This document shows positions 53,121 to 64,000 of a DNA stretch of 64,000 bases, one piece after another; within the stretch, counting starts at the first letter, position 1; every line of letters begins with the position of its first letter. Below the pieces are notes generated by a model. The model searched no databases, had not been told where the DNA came from, and was given only the letters and a program-made list of their open reading frames with translations. The position numbers and the translations under genes are program-made. Source of the DNA: Gnetum montanum (Eukaryota; Plantae; Gnetophyta); contig MNCI01002498.1 of NCBI GenBank assembly GCA_015680685.1, positions 248,001 through 312,000 on the forward strand. Reading direction: 5' to 3'.

Positions 53121-54112
53121 ATGGCCAAAATGTGCCAACAGATATGTATGAGGTTTTCCTTAAATTTTGTTTTATTTTGTACTATTTTACTTACTACTTC
53201 CCCTCTCTATCTCATACTCTACTATTTCTCTAGCTACTATTTTTATATTCTCCTATGTTATTTATCCTATTATACTCTATATGCCTATCATAACTACTAA
53301 GGTTTTTAAGTGACTTAATATCTTATTGCTTCATGTGAAGGTGTGACTAAGAAGATTATTGAGTGGGACAAGTTAAAAATATATATATATATATAACATC
53401 CTTTATTTCCATATAGTGTATAGGATTTAGCATGCCCCACTCCTATGGCATAGCATCGTCCTCATGATAGAAGGATAGGAAATATCCTCTTTTTTCTCCT
53501 TTCTTTTTTACTTTTGTCTTTGCATACTATAATTTCTACTTTTCTGTACTATATTTCTCTCTTTTTTTTCTCATCCTCTCTCCTTATCTATTTTCATTTC
53601 TCTCTATATTCAACATTAGTGATGTCAAACAAGAGTCTCTATCCCAATGTAGTTAGGGAGTATTAAGTGTAAAATGATATAAGTATGAATATTCATATGA
53701 ATGAGGTAAGAGAGAGGTCAGTTTTTGGGATCCAGTTGTGTCCCATATTTGTGACATAAAATTCACAATTGGCATATTGATGATATCCCTAGCATGATTT
53801 TCCCTAATTTATTATTTTCTATTTTTGCTTCTGCTATCTCTCTATCTTTCTTTATTTCTTTTTCTTTTCATACTTCACATTGGTAAGGCCAAATGAGTGT
53901 CTTTACTTTACTCCAGTGAGGGTGTGATTAAGAGAAATGAATGGATTAGGGAGTGTTTCACTAATATTTTTAGGTGTTCTTTCTCAAATCTAGCCACACC
54001 CTATTTATGTGATCTAACAGTCCATCATAGGTGTATTGGCAATATCCTAGATTTTTCTCCTAGTTTTCCTACTTGATTCAAATTCTCTTATAGGTACCTA
54101 GTAGCTTATATA

Positions 54113-54137
54113 TCTCTCTCTCTCTCTCTCTCTCTCT
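54113..54137 (+). repeat. (CT)n microsatellite
   Basis: Directly visible TC run. Confidence 0.9.
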
Positions 54138-54279
54138 TTTATGGATTCTACTTTTCATCATTATCCTATTTTACTTATGTAGAAAATTCCAAACTAAGTA
54201 CAACATTATCCTAATCTACTTTTTAATAATATACATTAATAGGGGATATTGTTGTACTGACTTTGGCATTTTCTACATA

Positions 54280-55320
54280 TGTCAGAGTTGTGCACATGTT
54301 CCATGGGTTTTTCAATTTAAGCTATCTTTTAGCAATTCTAGATTCAACATCTCATGTCATCAATAATGTTATTTATAGTTCTCATTTTTAACATTCATCA
54401 AAATAGCATCTCATATCATTTTTTTCTCAATCTTTAGTTTTGACATCCAATGTCATCTTCTACATTAATTCCTATTTTAGCTTCTTCAACAGTCTATGAT
54501 TGATGTACAACATTGTCTTTGAAATAACAACTATTCTTGCAATTGGTTCCAGAAATCTCTATGTGCTTCTCAGTTCTTTTGAGTTTCTCTAATTTTTTCT
54601 TTTTTTATTTATCTTCTATATCTCGTTCATGTCGTCCTCCTAAGACAAAAAAATGCATTGGATTCAAATTTACAAATAGATCTAATTCAATTTCCTTCTA
54701 TTGCTTCTCACTATTTTTCTACTTTATAGTAGTTATTTCTAATCTTCATTAGGCACATGCATCAAAAAGAGAGAATGGAATAACAAAAATCCTTGTCAGT
54801 CATTTTTGATGCTTAATTTCATCTCGTAGGATTGCTACTACATTCTTCCAAGTTTCTTTCTTAGATATCCTACCTTTCTGTATTTCAACTTTTTCTTGCT
54901 CCAACATGTACTTGGTATTATAATGAATTTTTCTTAGCAATATTTTTCTTAAAGGATATAATTTCAACAGATTTGTATTGCCTCTCTCTATGGTTCTTTT
55001 TTTTTAACCACATACACTCTACTCTTTCTATAAATTTTATACTATGTAATATTCCCTTTTTTATCACTTCATGCATATGTTTTTCTTTTAGTAATAGCTA
55101 CTTTGCTCTATTGGCTATTCTATGCACTTATTTTCACTTGTTGTTTTCTTATCTTTGGTAAAAATACTATTTCAAATTGCTAGAATTTTTAATGACTTGC
55201 AAGTTTTCTTTTGATTTAAAGATTTATTTTCTTAAACTATTTGGTAACCACAAAATTCTTAGCTTATTTTCATGTAATGTTATTCTAAATTTTAGATTTA
55301 TGATGGCTCTGACCATAATA
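54280..55320 (-). repeat. Unclassified dispersed repeat, copy 2
   Basis: Colinear with ~7020-8360 but lacks a ~300-bp internal segment present in copy 1. Confidence 0.75.
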
Positions 55321-56399
55321 GTGGTAAGCTCTAGAAATAAGGTAAATCCACCATGACTTATGATGTGATTATGGAAATAGGACATAGTTCACGGTATACT
55401 TATGGTTAAATATCATGCATCATGGTTCATTTGTGGTATTCTTAGTCTACATTTCCTCTATTTTCAAGCACCACAATCCATGGGAAACTCATGTTTTAAT
55501 ATGACAACATGTGGTTAGCTCATGGTATAGAGGCCATAACTCATGTTGTAATATCATGACTTTTTGTGAAACAAAGTTTTCATTTTTTTTTCATAAATTG
55601 TTATTAATTTCATAGTTTCAAATCAATCCATGATTTTTTTATCAATACTAACAATGATATTGAAGATAGAAATCTTTAAAACTAAATCAATGCAAATGCA
55701 ACAAACATATCAAAATGCTCAATGATATTCAATGGATCACAAGACTTCAGCATTTAGACCATCCTTATGCAAGAACTTTTGCAAGAAAATGACTATTAAG
55801 ACATTGTCCACCCTAGCGTTTTTTTCATTAATGATTTGAAAACATGAATAGAATCCAAATCAGAGAATATAAATCCAAAAATAAGAAGAATAATCTTATT
55901 GCCACTATGATTCTTACTCATATTTTAGACATCATATTATCAAGACTCGTCCTCCACTAGATAGCTAAAGAAAAATGAGATATTCTACAACTAGAATATA
56001 AAGGCAATCTTGAAAATACACAATTACATGAATAAATGTATAAATAATATTTTAACTTCCTACAAGTTAGAATAAATAAAGATAGAAGAATATTTTACCA
56101 AAATTTACATAATTCAAAGAAGAATAGATGAATTTGGATGTAACTACACATCAAGGAAAAAAGCTCAAAAATCATTTAGTCTTTCTCCATAAATTCAAGA
56201 TTTAAAACACTATGAAAATTATAGTTCTTTCAAAATACTTGAACCTACTAAGTGTATATGAATTGGTGGCTTGAATCATGATCTTACAAACAATGAAGAT
56301 AATAATAAAAACTTTATTGAAGATTAAGCCTATGTTTCACATCAAAAAAGAAAAGGAGAAAGATTCAAAGGTAGAGGAAGATTGAGTTAACTTAATTTC

Positions 56400-57505
56400 A
56401 AGAACCAAAACCATCAAACAAGTGAAGAAAATAAGGATTACCACTAGAATCCATAGTTCTCATGAAATTAGATGATGAGATTAGGGTCATTAAAGAAATA
56501 AGATGATGAGATTAGGGTCATGAAAGATCAACTGACTATGCAAGTAAGGGCATAGGCATTAAGGCTAAGTTGATCAATTTTTAAATTCTGAGTAAAGAAA
56601 CCAAAAATCTATGAGGGTGACAAGGATGATACTATGATAGATACATTTCTATTCAAAATAGAAGGGTGCTTAGAGATCTATAAATGTGCAACTGAAAGAC
56701 AAGCTTATGATACTACCCAATTCTTGGATGGAATAGCAAAACTTGGTTACTTATCATTATTCAAGAAGAAAAGGTTGGAATAGTTAGATCCATTGAAACA
56801 TGGATCTAGTTCAAGGAGGCTTTGATTGAGAACTTTCATCAATGCAATTTTATTAACAAATCCTAGGCAAAGCTAAATGAGATTTGACACACAGGAGATT
56901 TGCAAATACCAAAATATCATCATATAAATTCTACAAATCAATAAGGATAGCAAGTATATACTATTTCACAATGGCCTCAAACCTTGGATTCAATAGGAGC
57001 TCAAAACTTACAAAATAATAGGATTCAATAAGGCCATTCAAGTTGTTGCTTCTTTGTCTAATTACAAGGTGGAAAAGAAGGAAAAGGATGCCATAGAACA
57101 ACTGCAGGAGATTAAGAAAGAGAGTAATAAATCTTAAAGAGGGAAAGGATAGGTAACTTCAAGTGGATTTCAAGGCTCTTATGTTAAACCAACTCTAAGT
57201 AAACAAAACTCATCCTAGGGGAATGGGAAATGTTAGGCTTCCTATGAACAACATGTATTGCAAAACAAACAACCATATTTTAGAGGGTTCAATCAATATC
57301 CTCTAAGGAATTCAATGCTACATTTGTGGTGGAGGGCATTATGCTTAAGAATGCTCTTAAAATCTTGAAATAAAAAGTGGTGGTAATAAACCAAATGAGA
57401 ATCATATTTTGAATGCAATTAAGAATCAACCTCATAATCCATTAATGATCTTTAACAATGATGATGAAGAGCTAGATATGAGACTTTTAAATTCCTTCCA
57501 ACAAG
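56400..57505 (+). pseudogene. Ty3/Gypsy (chromovirus-like) gag remnant, interrupted by element B
   Basis: EGDKDDTMIDTFLFKIEG, IETWI*FKEAL, CCHC knuckle CYICGGGHYA*EC at ~57316. Confidence 0.75.
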
Positions 57506-58694
57506 TGTTGACCTTTTGGTATGTCAAAACCTTAAGAAAAATGGAGAACAAAGGATGTTTACATCATGTTGTGTTGATAGGACAAGATCATGGAAAAGGA
57601 CTTTAACTTAGAAGAAAGAGCAAAGGACTTAACAAGAGCAAAAGACACAAGGACTCATAAGCAAAGTTGACATCATCAAGAACTTGAGTATGTAGAAGTT
57701 CAAAGAGTAAGGACAAGAAACAAAGATTTCAGGTGCAAAGGAAACTCAGAAAGGCATCTTCAAAAAATAGTAGACATCTTGGCCAAATTGAAGATTGCTT
57801 AGATAAAGATGTCTTTGAAAAATAGCAGACATCTTTGTGGTGCAAAAGATGTCTTCTTGAAGATGTCTTTGCAAAGACATATTTTTTGAAGAAAAGACAT
57901 TTCTCCTGAACAAAGGTTGATGTAGAAAGATATCTTAGCCTTCAAAAGGATATCTCCAATGACCATTAGATAGGTATTGCACAAATTGTGAGGTGGTTTC
58001 AAAAACATATCAGCTATAAGAAGACTTCATTCTATTGGGAAATGAGCATGCAATTATGTACTTTCAAGTGTAACTATCAAGAAATCAATGTAATAATCAT
58101 TCTCTTGTTATTGTTTCTAATTGCACTATCTTTTATTTGTTGTAATTGGTCAAAGTGAGCTATGACTCAAAGTACAAGGATTGATAAAAATAGTTTCATT
58201 CATTCCTTATAATTATTATTCTCTTATGTTGCCCTATGGGGTTGATGTTCTTCTTGCAAGAAGGCATCTTGCTTGAGCTTGTTGAGATCTTGTGAGATTG
58301 AGTATTGGTGTAATGCCACAACACTCTAGAGTGGAGTTGAAGTTGCAAACGTTGTGGGATCCTAGAAATCATATTTCTAAGCTTGTTGAGACCTTGAAGG
58401 ATTGAGTGGATTCATGGAATTAAATCACTTCAGAGTGGAGCTTAGAGCTTGTATAGGGTGTGGTATCCTTCAAACCACATTTGAGAGCAACAAAGTCTAA
58501 AGGTTTGCTAGCAAGCTACCCTTTGAGTGTGGACTACCCAAGTTGGGGAATCATGTTAAATTTGGTGTGTGTGCTTTGTCTCAACATTTTTTGGGGAACT
58601 TATTCATCCCCCTGCCCCCCTTTCTAAGTTCAATCATCATCAAGTGGTATTAAAGCCTGATATTCTTCTTTGTCATCAATTTCAAGAGTGAACA

Positions 58695-60300
58695 ATGGAG
58701 GGGACATTTTACACAAAGTCATCCATGTTCAAAAAATTTGACTTCACCTATTGAAAAGATAGAATGCAAGGATTATTCAAATATATGATGTTTGAAGTTT
58801 GGGAGTCCATCCTTGAAGGCTACACTCCTATTGATAGCTCCACTAGAACCATCAAGCCTCACAACAAATGGACACAAGAAGAGAAAGATAAGTTGATGTT
58901 TGACTCAAAAGGAAAAAATTGTTTATATTACACTTTGAATAAATTTGAGTTTAATAGAGTAGTAGGTTGTAAAATGACCAAAGAAATTTGGAAAACATTA
59001 GAAGCTACTTATAAAAGAACCTCTATTGTGAAACAATCCAAATTGTTAGTTTTGCAAAGAAAATATGGTAAGCTTAAAATGAGAGAAGGTGAGAAAATAA
59101 AAGGTTACTTCTCTAAAGCATATGATATTGTTGTAGCTATTAGAGGTACTCACAAATATTTATCAAAGAGTGATGTAATCATTAAAAGGATTAGAATGCT
59201 TTAGTTGGAGTTTAGACCAAAGGTCATGGCCATGGAGGAAATCAGAGATTTTTCAACTCTAAAATTTGAAGAGCTTCAAAGCACTCTCATTGCTTATGAA
59301 ATGAATCTCATAAGTGAAGGAACCATCCAAGAAAAACCCATTGCTCAGAAGACTTCCTTCAAGAAGAAAGAGATTAATAAGCATTATGAGAACAACAAAG
59401 ATGAGATTTCCCTTTTCTCAAGAAAGCTACAATGATTAATATTAAGGAGAAGCAAGAGGCCAAATTAGCATCCAATTTGTTCAAAGGTAAAGAAAGAGGT
59501 AAAAATGTTTTAAATTCTAACCTTGATTTCTCCTTTATAGAATGTTGTGTTTATGGTGGAAGAGGCCATATGGCCTTTGAAAATCCTAGTAATAGTAGGA
59601 TGCAATACAAGAACAAATCCAATGATGAGGTAAAGAAGGCCAACTTCTATACAAGTTAGGGAGCAAAGTGAGGAAGTGGAGGATGATGTGCAAAATTCTC
59701 ATCTTGTATGCATGGCCCTCACCAATGATGATGCTAATTCATTAGATGATGATCTTAATGATGAAGAGAGGTGTGATTTATTATGCAATGAGTTTTTATC
59801 TTTTAAAAATATTTACAATAATTTAAATAAATAAGTAAAAACTAAGGATTACGAAACATCTTATTGAATCTAAATATTTCAAACCTTACTAAGAAACTCT
59901 CAAACCTAAGGGCTAAGAATTAAAAACTAACCTTGTCTTACGAATAAGCCAAAGTAGAAATTACAGATGTCAAATTAGTAAATGAAAGGCTAGTAAAGGA
60001 AAATGAATCACTTTGGATGATTCTAGGATAAGGAAAAAGTTCACATGATAAGAGTGGACTAGGATGTTGTATGCAGGAGAAATCATCATCAACAAGCCCA
60101 CTACAATCAAATGATCTTCCAAAGGACACTTCCACTACATCAAGATCAGAGGAAGCTCCTATTCATCAAAATGATCCTAAAAGGTTTGATCATTTAAATC
60201 AGTCATATTATCATGGAAGAATTAGGTCTATTATTATAATAAATTAGGGCATAAACTATGGGACTGCAATCTTAAGTATTATCATGTATTGGTCATATCA
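58695..60300 (+). pseudogene. Copia gag (UBN2-type)
   Basis: VWESILEGY...KEIWKTLEATY...KQSKL...LKMREGEKI, FRPKVMAMEE...LIAYE, decayed knuckle CCVYGGRGHMAFEN. Confidence 0.9.
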
Positions 60301-60953
60301 TAGGACTCCTTGGTCTTATCAAAATGCACTAAGAAAGAACTTCTTGCAAGATGATAGGAGAGATTGGACATCAACTCAAAAGAACAAAGGAATCAAGAAA
60401 TAATGAATAATTAAAAGGTAGGAAAAATGGAAGCAAGAAACTCTCAAATTTATGAAAGGAAGCAAAGCCTTGGACATCGAGGAAGTTCAATTGACAAGAG
60501 AATCCTCAAAAGAAGAAACTTCTTCCCTAGCTCTTTGAGTACCATTGATTTTCAATAAAATAATAAGTAAGTAGAGGTAAGTTTTTGTAAGCATCGATTA
60601 AGACTATAGTTCTTGGCAAGTTTTCTCAAAATCCATCCTAAGAACCTCTCTCAAAAAGATGCCTACCTAAAGACGTCTTTCAAAAGACATCTACATGATG
60701 ACATCTATTCATCAAAAAAAGATGCCTATCTAATTTCTCTTATAGTGCAAAAAAGATGTCTAGTACATATAGAAGACATCTATTGGTATTTTTAAAATAC
60801 AAAAAAGACATCTACTATGTATAGAAGATGTCTTATTTTTCATTCAATGTCCTCATTCATTACTGCTATTAAAGTTAAAACCCTCATTCTTTTGTCTTAT
60901 TCTCCCAAATCGAACCCACAAAGATAACTAGGGCTCCACCATCAATAGCAATT

Positions 60954-61380
60954 TTGTTAGAAATGATCCACAAGAAGATTGGGAAGCTGAGGATGCCACC
61001 AAAGAAGAAATCAAGAGGAAGTACCAGTAGTGCACTGCCCACTTATACATCCCAATTCTATATTACAAGCACACATCATAGGCTTAACACCACACAAACT
61101 ATAAGCATAATTTCTAAGAATTCTTTGTCTTTTCCTACCCATAGAAAAATTGATTTGATGGATTATTTTAGGGCTTTGAACTGGGGATCCTTCATTGTAA
61201 TGAATTTTCTAGTTCTTGAAGTGTTAATTAGAAAATTGTATTTCAATATTATTATTACAAATGTTATAGTTAGGGCATTCACTTCCATGGTTGGGGGTTT
61301 ACTCATTGAGGTCTCTCCTCAATTTGTGAATGAAATCCTTGGAATCTCTAGTTTAGATGTCTTCTAGATAACCATTGATA
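60954..61380 (+). pseudogene. Sirevirus env-like accessory ORF, 5' part
   Basis: MPPKKK start and LNWGSF...LIRKLYFN...SMVGGLLIEVSPQFVNEILGI pattern typical of plant LTR env-like ORFs. Confidence 0.65.
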
Positions 61381-61916
61381 CCATGCATGACATCTATACA
61401 AATGGTATAATGCCTATAAAATATGATGAATATTTGTCAAGACCTTACAAGATTGAGTAAATTTGTGGTGTTGAATCACTCCAAAGCAAAGCTTAGATCT
61501 TATAGAGGGTTTGGTACCCTTCAAACCACATTTGAGAGCAAAAAAAGTCTAGAGGTGTGCTAGCAAACTATCCTTTAAGTGTGGATTACTCAAGTTGGAA
61601 AACCGTGTCAAATTTGATATGTGTGCTTTGTCTCAAAATTTTTTGTGGAACTTATTCATCTCCCTCCCTACCAACTTCTAAGTTCAATGATCCTTAGTAG
61701 GTTCATGAAAACCTAATCATCTTAGCACAAGATATAAAATCTAGTATTCAATCAGGGAAACACCTACTAAGAGGATCAAAAAATTAATGGGCTACTATGA
61801 TCATTTACTTCCTAAATTAATTTGGATTAAAAATATGTACATTTGAATCCGTGGTAAAAAAGTGTTAATGGAGTACATGTTCTTGATGATGACTTTGGAA
61901 AGGTGTTATATGTTCA

Positions 61917-62090
61917 TTACTACGTCTCCGAATAGGAAGCATAGGTTTTTGATTACATCTTCAAATAGAAAGCATAGCATTATAACTATTTCTTTGAGTA
62001 GGAAGCACAAGATTTTGACTACATATTCAAGCAAGAAGTGTATAATTGTGATTGCATCTTTGAGTAGGAAGCATAGGATCAGACTATGTC
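61917..62090 (+). repeat. 33-bp tandem repeat x5
   Basis: Units such as ATTACATCTTCAAATAGAAAGCATAGCATTATA, giving an 11-aa periodicity in ORF 61862-62329. Confidence 0.8.
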
Positions 62091-62299
62091 CATTAACAAG
62101 GCATGTTTTCCTACCTGCCACTACCCTAAATCAATTCATAAAGACAAGTTGTAAAATCAAGATAATAATAAAATATCTTGATTCACTAGATGATGAGGAT
62201 AATCAAGAGGTAGGTGGAATAGTAATTAGAGAAATGACTCCTTCATTCCCTTTTGTATGTTTTGCAAGAATAGGATTTGAATTTTTCTATCTAAAGCAA

Positions 62300-63600
62300 C
62301 ACCAAGTAGATAAATCCTACACAACTTAGAAAGAAGCAAACCAAGGTAATTACATAACCTTCAATACTATTATCAAAATTAAGATTGATTCTTGGATAAT
62401 TGACAATAGTTGCTCAAATAATATGAGACCTTTTAAATCAAGCCTTCTAAACTATAAGTATAACAATAATCTTGGAAACATCAAAGTTAGAAATTATAAA
62501 TGTTTGAACATTGAATGTATAGAATATTTCCAAGTTTGAATCCTAACAATAATATCATCACCATTACTCAAGTGTTTCATTTCCAAATATATCAAATCAA
62601 CCACTCTCTACTAGACAAATGGCTAGAAGTGGTATAGATGTAAAGTTCAAATATGATTTATGCATCATAATAAAGTCAAATGGTGAAGAAATTATAAGGA
62701 TAATAGCCTATCATAATAGAATTTATTTCTTGAACTAAGATTATTTTTATCTAAAGGAGAATCCTATCTTTATTAATTTCGAAAGCAATGTACATGCCAT
62801 CACAAATATCACCAAAATAAAAGTAAATCTAGTCACTAATCAAAACCAAAAGAAGATATCAAGAAATATTAAACATCAAGTTGAAAATACTTAAGATGAT
62901 AACCAAGGCAAACTTTTTCACAAAATACTAAGTCATACTTGTTACTCTAACATAGAAAAATGGTCAATTTAAATTGAGTAAAAAATCTAAAAATCAAGAA
63001 AATTTTCATGAACAAATATGAAACTTGCATCTAATAGAAGCAAACTAATTCTCCACATACCACACAAATTTAAAAAAGAAACAAAATTTAGATCTTCTTC
63101 ATCTAGACATTTTTGGATCTATTCCTACTACTTCATTTGGAGGTGCAAATTATTTTCTTATAGTAGTTGATGACTATACTAGATAAATTTGGACCTACAA
63201 TCTAAATACCAAGGATGAGGTCATCAATAAATTTAAAAATTTCTACAATATCATGCAAAACACCATAGAATTGTTAGAAAAAGAAATCAAAGCTAATAAA
63301 GGAGGAGAATTCATAAACAAAAATTTTGAAGACCTATGCAACAAAAATGAAATCTTTCATCAAACTACATGTGATTATAGTCCTCAATCAAATGGTATAA
63401 CTAAAAGAAAGAACAAATCCAATCAATACATAATGATATGTCTTACAAAAAATGAAAAATTAACAAATGGACACTAAAGTATGCAAACTTATATTATTAA
63501 TAGGATCATCAATAACAGTAATAAAAATGAGTCATCGTATGAATTACTCTACAATGAAATTTCATATATCTCTCACATGAAAACCTTTGGATGTCGCTAC
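62300..63600 (+). pseudogene. Copia pol fragment (protease and integrase)
   Basis: DSWIIDNSCSNNM (protease), LDLLHLDIFG...YFLIVVDDYTR, NKGGEF, YSPQSNG. Related to 5427-6560. Confidence 0.88.
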
Positions 63601-64000
63601 TAATAGATCCATTTTTTTTACAAGCATGATATCATATCTATGATATCATTACATCAATGTCTTAGAAGCTATGCAACCCTATAAATACTGACACTTGGTC
63701 CCACTAGTAACAATAATTTTTTCCACTCCTTATCTAGACTCTTCTAGTTTGTTTTTATAGTTAGCAATAGATTGAATGCCTATAGTGTGGTATTAAGTAG
63801 TTACACAATGTCTTTATTCAAGTGTGTTGTACTTGGACATGATTCATGTTCGATAATAAATATTGATATTGCTTTTTATCATTGTATCATTCCCTTATCT
63901 CTTTTATTTTCCTTAGCTTAATTTTCTTATTTACCTTAGCTTAATTCTTTACATTTCTAAAGAACATTACTTTACATGTTCATTTGTAAGGTGGAATGAG

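Larger units (their letters stand above)
57506..61696 (+). mobile_element. Non-autonomous Copia/Sirevirus-like element B (gag + env-like ORF, internally deleted)
   Basis: 5' LTR 57506-58642 (TGTTGACC...TCA), PBS TGGTATTAAAGC 58645-58656, partial 3' LTR ~61440-61696. Flanks ACAAG/GTAGG differ by transitions only. Confidence 0.85.

Noticed and set aside
6729-55323. CACTA...TAGTG termini for the unclassified repeat
   Set aside because: Only 5-bp matches, with no extended TIR or 3-bp TSD.
56470-56530. Short direct duplication AGATGATGAGATTAGGGTCAT
   Set aside because: Ordinary local slippage duplication within a decayed gag.
63600-64000. Possible start of another LTR
   Set aside because: No termini, PBS or partner visible within the window.

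Overview
Land-plant nuclear heterochromatin (AT-rich, CpG-depleted). The organism cannot be identified from the sequence. There is no intact protein-coding gene. Most of the window is decayed, nested LTR retrotransposons. (1) Two pol-less Copia/Sirevirus-like elements of one family lie at 1-5426 (-) and 57506-61696 (+). (2) An old Tat/Ogre-type Gypsy (~8.5-49.7 kb) is interrupted by a second Tat/Ogre-type element (15589-45185), whose RT is split by a non-autonomous Athila-like element (31776-40356, TSD CTAGG). (3) There are also Copia pol fragments, a solo LTR and a Gypsy gag remnant. The non-TE content is a CDF-like Dof transcription-factor pseudogene next to scrambled xanthine dehydrogenase fragments. 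The most interesting feature is the ~10 kb region between protease and RT of the inner Tat element. It holds an antisense multi-intron gene plus a ~187-bp-periodic array of a motif that also recurs in the LTR; the older host element shows a similar antisense spliced gene. The XDH fragments include a possible back-splice (circRNA-type) junction. All translations and alignments were done by eye, so boundaries of decayed ORFs are approximate.
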